DNA from: Flavobacteriales bacterium | GTDB taxonomy: Bacteria > Bacteroidota > Bacteroidia > Flavobacteriales_F > PHOS-HE28 | Direction: 5' to 3' | Length of the DNA stretch: 64,000 nt | Assembly (NCBI GenBank): GCA_016718655.1 | Contig: JADKCV010000015.1 | Coordinates: 26,963 to 90,962 of the forward strand | Part shown: piece after piece, positions 8,967-21,875 of the stretch | Position numbering within the stretch: position 1 is the stretch's first letter | How the letters are laid out: each line of letters starts with the position of its first letter | Translations under genes and position numbers: made by a program | Notes under the pieces: generated by a model | Databases searched by the model: none | What the model was told of the DNA's origin: nothing | The model's input: the letters and a program-made list of their open reading frames with translations, nothing else

Positions 8967-10709
8967 TTATCGAGGTCGATCGTATGCGTTTGCCTGCACA
9001 TACAAGTGGAGTTCAGTGATATGGTCCGGTCCCACCCCGCTCACCGATACGAACAAGCTATCGCTTGGCGTTCGGACCTCAGGGGTCAGGTACCACAGTG
9101 CACTTCCTTCCGTGGCGGGCAGGACCGCCTTCCGTTCTCCATATGGATACCCTCCATGACGCATGGAAAGGACGACCTTCATACCTTCTGGAACATGCGC
9201 ATCCATGGAGCGCTTGCCATGCACCTCCACGAATGCATGGTCCCCTGCGTTACATCGCTCCCAAGGAATACCAACGTGACCAGGACCTAGCAGTTCCGCA
9301 AAGGGGATCCTTCGGTAACCGACCAGGTCCGGGGGAGCAAGGAAAAGGTCTTGGGACCGGTCCAACGACCACAAGGAACCCAGGTCGACATCGGGATGAG
9401 GATCCAGGAACGCAGCTTTGTACGCGGGCCAGGTCATTCGGGAAGTGTGGATGGAACCTGTTGCGACCTGCCGTGTCTGGAACAGATTGAGCATGACCAA
9501 GGCGACCACGAGAATGCCTGAACCGATGCGGACCGCCTTTCCTTGTTCGGATGAGCGGACCAGTAATGCGCCCAGTGGCAAGGCCATCACCGCATAGCTC
9601 TGCACCAACGCACGCTGACCGAAGCTATCGGCGTACCACCAGCACGACCAACTGGCGATCACATACAGGTTCATCACGAAGAAGGTCGGCAACGCCACGG
9701 ACCATTCCGGGAGAACGCGACGCAACCGGAAAAGCCCAATGGTCGCCACGAACATGAGCGGAGTGTAGATGTACCAGCCCTTACGGAAACTGAAAAGCAC
9801 CTCCAAGAGATAGGGCCTCAGGAAGTCGAATCCTTCGCCTGGATTATTGTAGCTCATATACAGGTAGCGACCGGTCAACTTCTTCCAGTACAGGAACTGG
9901 AGCATCGCCACCGCGAGGACCAGCGTTGCGACCACCAGCACCTGACCGCGCGCATTCCACCAGAGCCCTGCCTGATCCCGCCACCTACGAAATGACACCA
10001 TTCCGAAGAACAGTGGGATCAGCACGATCACGATCTCGGACGGTCGGGAAAGGCATAACACCCCGATGAGAAAGCCTATCACGATAGCATGGCGCATCCG
10101 ATGTTCCCTATGCCAAAGCACAGTGTACCAGAGCAGGGAAGCTTGGAGCGCGAACAAGAAGATATGCGGCATACCGGTGGAGTAGAGTACCTGATGCAGG
10201 TAATTGGTACCCAGTACGACCAGGCCGATGCTAAGTGCCGTTATCCCATCGGAGAAGAACAGGCGCAGCACGTTCATCAACATCCATAGGCCCAAGAGCA
10301 CGTAGCATAGGGTGCCGATGATGAGGCTCCATTGATAGGGTGATGAGAAGCCATCAGCGGGAGCATCGGTAAGAAGCGCTGTGAGATGCCCCATCAAGAA
10401 GAAAGGTGACCAAAGCAGGGCCAGGCCCATGGGGTACTTCAGCACCCACCCCCCCGTGGGCCTCTCCTGGGCTTGATAGAGCGTTGAAGAGCTCTTGTAC
10501 AACTCCCGGGCTTGTTCCACCCATGAGATATCCTGGATGGTGGGGTCGTGATGGATGAACGTGGCAGGCAAATACAGGTAATACCCGAAGATGTCCCAAC
10601 TGATGATATTGGCCGGTGGTGAGATGAACAGCGCGATGGCCAATGTGCACCAAAGCACCAGGACCGTTGTTCTGGACCGGATGGAACCAGCCGAAGCGGT
10701 ATCGCTCAT
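8967..10709 (-). CDS. large polytopic membrane protein, GT-C-like glycosyltransferase suspected (function uncertain)
   Basis: 580 aa, at least 10 TM helices plus a C-terminal soluble domain; stop/start overlaps with the TonB receptor gene upstream (ATGA) and kdsB lies 22 bp downstream. Confidence 0.55.
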   Translation of the reverse strand: MSDTASAGSIRSRTTVLVLWCTLAIALFISPPANIISWDIFGYYLYLPATFIHHDPTIQDISWVEQARELYKSSSTLYQAQERPTGGWVLKYPMGLALLWSPFFLMGHLTALLTDAPADGFSSPYQWSLIIGTLCYVLLGLWMLMNVLRLFFSDGITALSIGLVVLGTNYLHQVLYSTGMPHIFLFALQASLLWYTVLWHREHRMRHAIVIGFLIGVLCLSRPSEIVIVLIPLFFGMVSFRRWRDQAGLWWNARGQVLVVATLVLAVAMLQFLYWKKLTGRYLYMSYNNPGEGFDFLRPYLLEVLFSFRKGWYIYTPLMFVATIGLFRLRRVLPEWSVALPTFFVMNLYVIASWSCWWYADSFGQRALVQSYAVMALPLGALLVRSSEQGKAVRIGSGILVVALVMLNLFQTRQVATGSIHTSRMTWPAYKAAFLDPHPDVDLGSLWSLDRSQDLFLAPPDLVGYRRIPFAELLGPGHVGIPWERCNAGDHAFVEVHGKRSMDAHVPEGMKVVLSMRHGGYPYGERKAVLPATEGSALWYLTPEVRTPSDSLFVSVSGVGPDHITELHLYVQANAYDRPR

Positions 10710-13120
10710 AGCACCATGCTCAGCTGCACTTGCATACTACGCGGTGCCTCGATAGCCAATGGGCGTAAGGAGTACACCTCGTTGCCCAGGTTGTTGACGA
10801 TGAACATCACACGCACCTGTTCGGTCAACTGCGCACCGATACGGGCATCCACGATCCAGTCCCCCGTGGTGTGCGTACGCATCCATTCACCCACTCCGGT
10901 GCGCAGGCTGAGCACATCACTTTCCACCTCATCGAGATCGACGAAGATCCTGTCGATGTTGCGGACATGACTGTTGTACCGCGTGCTCAGTCCCCATTGC
11001 AACCGCTTGTATCCGAACTGAATGTCCGATCGGAACAACTGCTGAACGCGGAACTTCAAGATGTTGTCGGTCGTGTCGAAACTGGTGGTCCTGTAACTGT
11101 AGGGGACCGATGCTTGCGATACCGGAAGGGCATAGACCTGTTCGGGCGTGGTGGAGATGGGCTTGGTGGTGGTATAACCCATGAGGACCGTAAGGTCGAT
11201 AGGACCCAACTTGCCCTTGCCCGCGAGTTCGAGTTCCAGGCCCGTTACCCGTGCCCCACCCGTGTTCACGCTCTTGAACCCCAGTCCGGGGTCCAGCTGC
11301 AGCTGACCATTGACGACCTGCACGGTGGTCGGGGCCCATTGGCCGAAGGTGAATTCCACATAATCCGCGAAATCCTGCTGGAACACCACGGCATCGAAAT
11401 ATCCCATGAACGAACCGACCTTGAACCCTTGCTTCACACCGGCCTCAACGTTCCAGCTTTGCTCGGGCCGGAGCTCCTCATTGGGATAGATCACCAACTT
11501 CCCTACGCTGGTGCTGATGAATCGTTCACCGATGGTCGGGAACCGGAAGCCTTGTCCATAGCTGGCGCGCAGGTAGGTCGCTTGGTGGACCTGATAGGTT
11601 GCGCCAGCCCGGAACACCGGCTGTGCCACCTCATCCTCGTTCACGGTGAATTGCTCGTATCGCACACCTCCGGAGATCGCCAGCTTGTTGAAGAGTTTCT
11701 TATCCACTTGAACATAAGCGGCCAGGTTGTCGGCCGAGTTGATGCCATCGCCATCCGTATCCCCGCTGTACAAGAGTGCCTGGCTCTCCACATTCCGGGC
11801 AAGAAGACCAGCGGTGATGACCGTTTCTCCGAACAGGTCCAGTTTCTGCTGCACCTGGTATTCGCCATGCATCACCTCATTGCTATTGCTCTGGTCGTTG
11901 TTGTTATCGAAGACCTGGCGGTGGAACCGGCCACGTAGGCTGTGGCGTGTGCCTGCCTTGGAGTGGTACGTGATGAATGGATCGAGGTAATACTGCATCC
12001 CACGGGTGGTGGTCACGGTGCCAGGTTCAGGCCGATACAGACCGGCATCGGTATCACTCCAGATGAATATGCTCGAGCTGCGGCTTTCCATGGCGTTGAG
12101 GTTCACGCCATAGGTCAGCCCCTTGATCTTGCCATTTCGCCAACGAAGGCCGGTATTGAACCGGACCCGACGCTCATAGCCACCAGGCCCTAAACGGTAC
12201 GGATCGACCGCAAGGCTGTCGGGATCCACGAGGTCCGGTCCGACATAACCCCCATCGCCAAATGCGTTACCCCCGAGCACAAGGTCCAATTTGCCGATCT
12301 GACGGCTGTGGGAGAAGTTGGCACCTCCGAAGATGGGACCGTTGTCGCCCCACCACTTTGCCGGAGCATGACCGGGTGTATCGTACATACCGGAGAAGAC
12401 ATTGACCCGCGTCCGGGGTTCGGCTCGGGGGTACGCTGTGCGCACATTGATGACACCACTCAATGCAGCGCTACCATAAAGAACCGATGATGCACCCTTG
12501 ATCACCTCCACCTGTTCGATGTTCTCCAAGGGCAGGAAGGTCCAGTTCGGACGACCGATGTCCCCACTGAGGATGGGAATGTCATCCACCAGGACCTGCA
12601 CTCTGCTACCGGCGCCATAACTGAATCCGCTGCCCGCTCGGATCTGGGGATCCTCATCGACCACCACCACCCCTGGCACCTGGTCCAAGGCTTCATTCAA
12701 AGCGAACACGTTCTTGTTCTGGATGATGTCCGGACGCAAGACGCTCAAGCTTTGGGTCACCTCCCCCACCCGTTGCTCGAATTTCCCAGCGCTCACCACC
12801 ACCATGTCCAGCTGGTTGGCGGAGCTCTTGAGCCGAACATCGCGTGTGACCGATGCCGCCATGGGCAGGTCCAGTCGAACGGTTTGTGCTTGGTAACCCA
12901 CGAACGAAAAGCTGATGGTCTGAGGTCCGACCGGTAGGGTGAGCGCATACGCACCGTTCACGTCGGTGGCCGTGCCTTTACCGGGAGCGTACACCACGTT
13001 CACCCCGATCAAGGCTTCGTTGGTGATGGAATCCCGGACGAACCCTTTCAAAAGGACTTCTTGCGCACAGAGGAACTGCACGACGAACAAGGCGGCGACC
13101 GCCGTGATGGATTTCAGCAT
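10706..13120 (-). CDS. TonB-dependent outer-membrane receptor with N-terminal carboxypeptidase-regulatory-like domain
   Basis: Start at MLKSITAVAALFVV (signal peptide); CarbopepD_reg-like segment (GFVRDSITNEALIGVNV...DVNGAY), plug domain, 22-strand barrel region with aromatic C-terminus. Confidence 0.85.
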   Translation of the reverse strand: MLKSITAVAALFVVQFLCAQEVLLKGFVRDSITNEALIGVNVVYAPGKGTATDVNGAYALTLPVGPQTISFSFVGYQAQTVRLDLPMAASVTRDVRLKSSANQLDMVVVSAGKFEQRVGEVTQSLSVLRPDIIQNKNVFALNEALDQVPGVVVVDEDPQIRAGSGFSYGAGSRVQVLVDDIPILSGDIGRPNWTFLPLENIEQVEVIKGASSVLYGSAALSGVINVRTAYPRAEPRTRVNVFSGMYDTPGHAPAKWWGDNGPIFGGANFSHSRQIGKLDLVLGGNAFGDGGYVGPDLVDPDSLAVDPYRLGPGGYERRVRFNTGLRWRNGKIKGLTYGVNLNAMESRSSSIFIWSDTDAGLYRPEPGTVTTTRGMQYYLDPFITYHSKAGTRHSLRGRFHRQVFDNNNDQSNSNEVMHGEYQVQQKLDLFGETVITAGLLARNVESQALLYSGDTDGDGINSADNLAAYVQVDKKLFNKLAISGGVRYEQFTVNEDEVAQPVFRAGATYQVHQATYLRASYGQGFRFPTIGERFISTSVGKLVIYPNEELRPEQSWNVEAGVKQGFKVGSFMGYFDAVVFQQDFADYVEFTFGQWAPTTVQVVNGQLQLDPGLGFKSVNTGGARVTGLELELAGKGKLGPIDLTVLMGYTTTKPISTTPEQVYALPVSQASVPYSYRTTSFDTTDNILKFRVQQLFRSDIQFGYKRLQWGLSTRYNSHVRNIDRIFVDLDEVESDVLSLRTGVGEWMRTHTTGDWIVDARIGAQLTEQVRVMFIVNNLGNEVYSLRPLAIEAPRSMQVQLSMVL

Positions 13121-13190
13121 ACGTCGATCACATTTGGTGGGGCCCCTTTCGGGTGCGGGTAAATGTAGATATTCGCACAAGCCGCACACC

Positions 13191-15769
<2,579 letters not shown>

Positions 15770-15790
15770 GCCGACCAGTGACCATGATCA

Positions 15791-15823
15791 AAAGCCCCTG
15801 CCGTGATGAACGGTGGGGGCTTC
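15791..15823 (+). terminator. rho-independent terminator after gdhA
   Basis: AAAGCCCC-loop-GGGGCTTCT hairpin 22 nt after the gdhA stop. Confidence 0.55.
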
Positions 15824-15876
15824 TGCGTGTACCGTCATACGAAGCCCTTGACCACCTGCGTTCACGGACCATTGCC

Positions 15877-16674
15877 ATGCGAAACCTCCTCCTTCTCCTC
15901 ATTACCACAGTTGTACTCAGCGCCTGCGGCAATTCCACACCTTCCGAACGGTGGGATCAGGCCGAAGCGGCTACGGTGAGCGCACCCGATGTCGGCGCCT
16001 CCCACGGTGCGGGGCGGAGCGCCCCGTTGCTTGAGCAACGCAAGATCATCCGCAACGGTAGCCAGCGCTACGAGGTGGATGACCTGGACGCGGCTCGCAA
16101 GCTGATCCTGGCGCAGGTGCAAGCCCATGGCGGGCATGTGGAAGGTGACGACCGCAGCGAACGCGGCTCTTCCATCGACCTGAGCATACGCGTGCGTATC
16201 CCGGCCGACCGTTTCGATGCCTTCTTGGGTACACTGCATCCACTCGGTGAACTACTCGACCAACAGATCAGCGCCACAGACGTCACGGCGCAATGGGTGG
16301 ACGTGGAAGCCCGGCTGGCCGCCAAGCGCAAGGTGGAGGAACGCTATCTCGCCATCGTGGAGCAAGCAAGCGCCGTGACCGAGATCCTCGAGGTGGAACG
16401 TGAATTGGGCAACGTCCGCGCCGAGATCGAAAGCATGGAAGCGCAACTGAACGCGCTGAAGGATCAAGTGAGCATGAGCACCCTGACCATCACCTGCACC
16501 AAACCACAAGCCCATTCCGAACAGGGGTCACCCCGCTTCGGGCTTGCGATCAAGCGCGGATGGCACCTCTTCGTTGGCTTCCTGGTCGGCATCGTTCACC
16601 TCTGGCCCTTCATCCTGATCGCCGGAGGTATTCTCCTTTGGCTGACCAAGAGGCGGAGCGCACGGAAGAACTGA
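15877..16674 (+). CDS. DUF4349-like lipoprotein with C-terminal TM anchor
   Basis: Start MRNLLLLLITTVVLSACG (lipobox); coiled-coil middle and C-terminal TM, typical DUF4349 layout. Confidence 0.55.
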   Translation: MRNLLLLLITTVVLSACGNSTPSERWDQAEAATVSAPDVGASHGAGRSAPLLEQRKIIRNGSQRYEVDDLDAARKLILAQVQAHGGHVEGDDRSERGSSIDLSIRVRIPADRFDAFLGTLHPLGELLDQQISATDVTAQWVDVEARLAAKRKVEERYLAIVEQASAVTEILEVERELGNVRAEIESMEAQLNALKDQVSMSTLTITCTKPQAHSEQGSPRFGLAIKRGWHLFVGFLVGIVHLWPFILIAGGILLWLTKRRSARKN

Positions 16675-16681
16675 GCAGGCC

Positions 16682-17722
16682 TCAGCGGGCCACTACGATG
16701 CGCTGTGCCCCTCCACCTTCGAAGCGGACGAAATAGGTGCCCGGGAGCAGATCATGGACCGCGAACAATACGCGTCCGGCACCCATCGGCATTCGCTCCG
16801 AACGCACCTCACGGCCGAACGCGTCGAACAAGGTCGCTTGACCACTATGCCCTGCCGGTAAAGGAACGGAGACCATATGGGACGCGGGGACCGGGAAGGG
16901 TGCGTCCGGAAGGTCCGAACGTACACTATCCAATCCTACGGTCGCGCCTCCAGCTGCCGGAACGCTGCGCACCTGATGAACTTCACCCTGAGCGGCACCG
17001 ATGAAAGCCACCGCTGAGAGCGCATCGATGTCCCACGCCCCTGGGATGGTCATGGCATAGGTCCGTTGCACCAGCGCCCCTTCAGCGGGATCCATGACGG
17101 GATCACCTTCCACCGGGGTCATCAAGCCGCGCAAGACATGCCGATGGATATAATCGGGATGGTTGCCGTTCACATAGTCCGTTTGCCACCCCACGATATC
17201 ATCCTGCGTGAGTGCGACATGTATGCGGTCCTCGTCGGAAAGCGTACTCGTGTAGTACACTTCCATCTCCACAGTGACGGTCCGTGTTTCAACATCGTAC
17301 GTCGTGGAAAGACCGATATTGGCAGGGGAATCCTGGGAAAGGACGGACCCTATGGCGCCCGACCAACCGTTGGGACCCTGTATGGGCCTCCGATTCACGC
17401 TTCCCTGTGGTTGCGAGACGACCCCGAGCACCCCCCATATCGCCGACCCCTCCGCGGTACGGAAGTCCGGCTGACCAGCAAGTGGCACCGCCAATCCACC
17501 TCCATGAACGGCGATGATGGTCAGCGCCTCCCCGTGCAGCCCTTCGAGCGAGTTGGCAATAGCATGTGCAGATGGACATACACCGCAACGGATGGCCGTG
17601 AACTCCTCCAGCAATGCGGTTCGCGGTTGCGGTCCTGTACCCACAAGCGTCTGAGTGTAGAGGGAGGTGTGCAAAAGCAAGAGCGCAAGTGTAGCAAGGT
17701 GGCGTTGCATAGGAGCTTTCAT
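16682..17722 (-). CDS. Omp28-related thioredoxin-like outer-membrane protein with T9SS C-terminal sorting domain
   Basis: Signal peptide; LLEEFTAIRCGVCPSAH CxxC motif as in Omp28 family; C-terminal ...LLPGTYFVRFEGGGAQRIVVAR strand pattern of type-A CTD; paralog at 48428..50503. Confidence 0.7.
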   Translation of the reverse strand: MKAPMQRHLATLALLLLHTSLYTQTLVGTGPQPRTALLEEFTAIRCGVCPSAHAIANSLEGLHGEALTIIAVHGGGLAVPLAGQPDFRTAEGSAIWGVLGVVSQPQGSVNRRPIQGPNGWSGAIGSVLSQDSPANIGLSTTYDVETRTVTVEMEVYYTSTLSDEDRIHVALTQDDIVGWQTDYVNGNHPDYIHRHVLRGLMTPVEGDPVMDPAEGALVQRTYAMTIPGAWDIDALSAVAFIGAAQGEVHQVRSVPAAGGATVGLDSVRSDLPDAPFPVPASHMVSVPLPAGHSGQATLFDAFGREVRSERMPMGAGRVLFAVHDLLPGTYFVRFEGGGAQRIVVAR

Positions 17723-17889
17723 GAAGTGGAGATGAAGTGGCTTATCAAGAAGGATGGTCGCGTATGAAGAAAGAACCTGACAGTAGGTGAAGACCCAGCT
17801 CCGCCTTTTTGGGGTCCCAAGCCAACAGCACAAACACCATCCTGATATCGGTCTGTTCTGTAACCTTTGTCATCCACAAGACTCCCATC

Positions 17890-20800
17890 ATGCGTCCGAT
17901 CATCGTCGCTATTCTCGTCATGACGATCTCCTTGGCTTGGGGTCAGGAGCACCATGGCAAGGTCAGGCCCGATCGACCCGAATGGGTTCAATTGATGTAC
18001 GGACCGGATCCTGACCCAGGTGCAGTACAGGCCGCGTACGATGCGTACTACGCCGTGCACCCTTTCGTGAAGAACACCGACACGCAGTACTTCAAACGTT
18101 GGAAACGCGAGCTCGGTCGCGCATTCGTGCCCAAGGACCCCACGCAACGCGCGGATTACGAGCAGGGCTTACGCGATTACCTGGAGACCTCAGTAAGCGG
18201 TGGCGATCGGGCGGCCAACTGGACCTGCCTGGGACCCTTCGACTGGGACCACACCGCTGTGGACCGCAGCTATGCGCCGGGTTCCGCACATGTGTTCACG
18301 GTGGAAATGAGCCCCTCGGACCCTGACATCCTCTATGCCGGAACAGCGACAGCAGGTGTATGGAAGAGCACCGACCACGGCCTCATCTGGTCCGACATGA
18401 CCAAGAACCTCATGGTGCGTGAAGTGGTCAGTGTTGAGATCGATCACACCAACCCCGATGTAGTCTACTTCGGTTCGGAGAACGACCTATGGAAGAGCAC
18501 CAACGGAGGAGCCACCTGGGCCATCATTGGAGATGCGACGTTCCAAGCGCTGGACCATCGTCTGGCGGACATCGTTATGCACCCCACGGACCCGCAGACC
18601 ATCCTCCTCTGCAGCGACCGTGGGCTCTATCGTAGCACCAATGGCGGCAGCACCCTCACACAGGTGCAACCGGGTGACTGGCTGGAGCTCGAGTTCAAGC
18701 CCGGCGACCCGATGACCCTCTATGCCGTGAAACAGGTGAGCAACCGAACGGAATTCTGGCGTAGTGTGAATGGAGGGACGACCTTCACGCAGGTAGGTAT
18801 CGGTTGGCCCGCACCCGTTAGCCCCGATGAGCAGGAGCGCACCGAGATCGCCGTGAGCCCGGCCGCTCCCAACACCATCTACGCGCTGTGCAGTGGCGAG
18901 ATCAACGGCGGCACAGGGCTCTTCGGCATCTACAAGAGCGAGGACAGCGGCAGCACATGGACATTCCAATGCTGCGGGACGGGGCCTGGTGGCGTACCCT
19001 CGGTGAGCAACCCCAATCTTTTGGGCTACAGCGATACCGGTATTGAACCAGGTGGCCAGTACTACTACGACCTGGCGCTGGCAGTGGACCCGGCCAATGC
19101 CAATATCGTCCACGTGTGCGGGATACAACGCTGGGTGAGCACCGATGGTGGCGTCACCTTCACCTGCCCAGCCAAATGGAGCCATAGCTACAAGCCCAAT
19201 TACCTGCACGCCGACATCCACGACATCCGCTACTTCGGTGGCGAGATCTGGGTGGCCTCCGACGGCGGCATGTTCCAGAGCACCGACAACGGCGCCACCT
19301 TCACCCGGCGCATGTTCGGCATCTCGGGCACCGATTTCTGGGGATTCGGACAAGGCGGTTGGACCGGCAGCAATGTCATGATCGGCGGTACCTATCACAA
19401 CGGCACCCTGCTCAAGGACAACAATGTTTACCAGAACGGCTGGATCAGCACCGATGGCGGTGATGGGGTGCGTGGCTACGTACACCCCCAGTACGACCGC
19501 CGTGTACTGAGCGACTATGGCTACAAGACCCTGAGCGGCGATCGTAACGTGGCCAACCGGAACACTACCTGGGCGCGCCAGCCGAACGCAAGCTACGTGA
19601 CCGGCCAGAGCAGCGACCTCATATGGCACCCCAACCTGGTGAACACCGCCTACCTCGGCAACGGCACCTCCCTCTGGCGAACCGATGACAATGGCACCTC
19701 CTTCACACCGTTGCACGACTTCGGCGAGGCGGTGGCCAGCTTGGCCATGTGTTTCACCGACCCGAATGTCATCTACGCCTGCACCTTTGTCGATTGGTGG
19801 GGTGTGAAGCGCGTATATCGCAGCACCGATGCAGGTGTCAGCTTCACGGAGATCACCCCATCATCCACGCTGCTGGCAGGGAACACCTGGGTGCCTTACG
19901 ACATTGCCGTCAGCGCCGCGGACCCATTGCGGATCTGGCTGGTGCGCACCTCGCAATACGGGAACTCACCGAACCTGAACGGCAACTGTATCTACACCAG
20001 CATGGACGGTGGTACGACGTGGACCAACATCACCACACCTGCGCTGAACAACCAGTGGCCCACCAACATCACCCATCAGTTCGGGACCGATGGCGGCCTT
20101 TACCTCGGCACACGCCGTGCGGTATATGTGCGGAACGATGCATCGCCCTCTTGGACCCAATGGAACAGCGGCCTTCCTGCGCGCACCGCCAGCACGGAAC
20201 TGGAGGTGCACTACCGGGACGGCAAGGTCCGCAATGCCACCGACCACGGCATCTGGGAAAGCCCATTGGAGTTCACCAGCGTACCGATGGCCAACTTCAG
20301 CGCGGACAAACGCACGGTGACCTGCTTGGCATCTACCGTTCAGTTCTACGACCACAGTGCCTTGCGGGGCGACGGGTACAGCTGGAACTGGAGCTTCCCT
20401 GGCGGTTCACCGGCCACAAGCACCAACCGCAGTCCATCAGTGGTCTACGATTCACCCGGAAGCTATGATGTGAGCCTCACCGTCACCGACGTCAACGGGA
20501 CCAGCACACGCACCATCACGAACTTCATCCGTTTCGAGACCTTCTCCGTCACCGCTCCCATAGCCCAGACAGCAGAGGATCAAGTGGTAACGCCACAAGG
20601 ATGGCGCTTGGAGAATGCCGATGACGACGATAGCTGGGAGAACGTGGCGCTGGCGGTAGGTGCCGACGGTGCTCCTGGTCGTGCTTGGCGCATGGACTAC
20701 TACTATTACAATGCGCCGGGGCAGCTGGACCGCCTGATCACCCCGGTGATCTCGCTGGGCGGTAGCGCCGGCACGCGGCTGAAGTTCAACCACGCCTACA

Positions 20801-21813
20801 AGCCCTATGGCGCCTCCTACACGGATGGCCTGCGTGTGGAGATCAGCACCAATTGCGGACAGAGCTGGTCCACCCTGTTCTACCAGGAGGCCTTCGCATT
20901 GGGCACCGCTACCACAGGAGCGAGTCCTTGGGCACCAGCAGCAGCCTCGGATTGGCGTTCGACCGACCTTGACCTCAGCGCCTACGACGGACAACAAGTG
21001 GTGCTGCGCTTCACCGGAGTGAACGATTTCGGGGACCGGCTCTACTTGGACAACTTGGTCCTGGAGAACAATGGCCTTCGCTTGGACCTGAAGGTGTTCT
21101 TGGACGGCGCCTACAACAGCGCCACCAGTTTGATGCAGGACGGACTCCGGACCACTGCTCTACTGCCTACTACCGAACCATACACTGGCCTGGGTTGGCC
21201 CATGGCTGGCGATGGTGGTGGTGAGGTCATACAAGCAGATGTGCTCGATAAGACAGGTCCGGACGCCATCGTGGATTGGGTTCACGTGGAACTTAGAACG
21301 GCCGGGGCACCCAACACGGTGTTGGCAACACGGTGTGCGTTGGTGCAACGTGATGGTGATGTGGTCGCCGAGGATGGCACTTCGAAGATCGCCCTGCTGG
21401 CTCCGCCAGGCAACTACCATGTCGCCATCCGGCACAGGAACCACATGGGGGCAATGACAGCAGCGTCCTTCAGTCTTGGGCTTGATGCCACGACCATCGA
21501 CCTGCGGGATCCTTCCGTGGACCTGTTCGGGACTTCGGCAACTCGTGCTGTGGGTTCCGTTCGCACCCTTTGGTCGGGGAATTGCCTTCGGGACGGCCAA
21601 CTCAAATACACCGGTGCGGGCAATGATCGCGATCCCATTCTGGGCGCCGTAGGAGGTACAATTCCGACAAGCACCAGCATCGGCTATCGCCAAGAGGACG
21701 TCAACATGGACGGAGTGACCAAGTATACCGGGCCAAACAACGACAGGGACCCCATCCTACAGAACATTGGAGGTACGGTACCCACCACCGTACGTATTGA
21801 ACAATTACCCTGA
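17890..21813 (+). CDS. 1308-aa secreted multidomain protein: BNR/Asp-box beta-propeller, PKD domain, choice-of-anchor-J (cleaved-adhesin-like) domain, unrecognised C-terminal repeat module
   Basis: Start MRPIIVAILVMTISLAWGQE; about 10 SxDxGxT(W/F) Asp-box repeats; PKD block (YDHSALRGDGYSWNWSFPGG...VSLTVTD); adhesin-like block shared with 3 other genes; C-terminal 240 aa shared with the M36 protein and ending QLP. Confidence 0.8.
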   Translation: MRPIIVAILVMTISLAWGQEHHGKVRPDRPEWVQLMYGPDPDPGAVQAAYDAYYAVHPFVKNTDTQYFKRWKRELGRAFVPKDPTQRADYEQGLRDYLETSVSGGDRAANWTCLGPFDWDHTAVDRSYAPGSAHVFTVEMSPSDPDILYAGTATAGVWKSTDHGLIWSDMTKNLMVREVVSVEIDHTNPDVVYFGSENDLWKSTNGGATWAIIGDATFQALDHRLADIVMHPTDPQTILLCSDRGLYRSTNGGSTLTQVQPGDWLELEFKPGDPMTLYAVKQVSNRTEFWRSVNGGTTFTQVGIGWPAPVSPDEQERTEIAVSPAAPNTIYALCSGEINGGTGLFGIYKSEDSGSTWTFQCCGTGPGGVPSVSNPNLLGYSDTGIEPGGQYYYDLALAVDPANANIVHVCGIQRWVSTDGGVTFTCPAKWSHSYKPNYLHADIHDIRYFGGEIWVASDGGMFQSTDNGATFTRRMFGISGTDFWGFGQGGWTGSNVMIGGTYHNGTLLKDNNVYQNGWISTDGGDGVRGYVHPQYDRRVLSDYGYKTLSGDRNVANRNTTWARQPNASYVTGQSSDLIWHPNLVNTAYLGNGTSLWRTDDNGTSFTPLHDFGEAVASLAMCFTDPNVIYACTFVDWWGVKRVYRSTDAGVSFTEITPSSTLLAGNTWVPYDIAVSAADPLRIWLVRTSQYGNSPNLNGNCIYTSMDGGTTWTNITTPALNNQWPTNITHQFGTDGGLYLGTRRAVYVRNDASPSWTQWNSGLPARTASTELEVHYRDGKVRNATDHGIWESPLEFTSVPMANFSADKRTVTCLASTVQFYDHSALRGDGYSWNWSFPGGSPATSTNRSPSVVYDSPGSYDVSLTVTDVNGTSTRTITNFIRFETFSVTAPIAQTAEDQVVTPQGWRLENADDDDSWENVALAVGADGAPGRAWRMDYYYYNAPGQLDRLITPVISLGGSAGTRLKFNHAYKPYGASYTDGLRVEISTNCGQSWSTLFYQEAFALGTATTGASPWAPAAASDWRSTDLDLSAYDGQQVVLRFTGVNDFGDRLYLDNLVLENNGLRLDLKVFLDGAYNSATSLMQDGLRTTALLPTTEPYTGLGWPMAGDGGGEVIQADVLDKTGPDAIVDWVHVELRTAGAPNTVLATRCALVQRDGDVVAEDGTSKIALLAPPGNYHVAIRHRNHMGAMTAASFSLGLDATTIDLRDPSVDLFGTSATRAVGSVRTLWSGNCLRDGQLKYTGAGNDRDPILGAVGGTIPTSTSIGYRQEDVNMDGVTKYTGPNNDRDPILQNIGGTVPTTVRIEQLP

Positions 21814-21824
21814 TATCGGTCAAC

Positions 21825-21858
21825 GAAGAAGCCTCCCTCGAACGTTGGCGGCTTCTTC
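21825..21858. terminator. bidirectional terminator between the BNR protein gene and brxA-like gene
   Basis: Perfect 9-bp inverted repeat GAAGAAGCC-N16-GGCTTCTTC between convergent genes. Confidence 0.6.
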
Positions 21859-21875
21859 GCTCAAGCTGGTCGTCC

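Noticed and set aside
12939-13190. Upstream extension of dprA (track ORF start 12939)
   Set aside because: Overlaps the 5' end of the TonB receptor gene by 180 bp on the opposite strand; the conserved DprA N-terminus begins at about 13191-13230.
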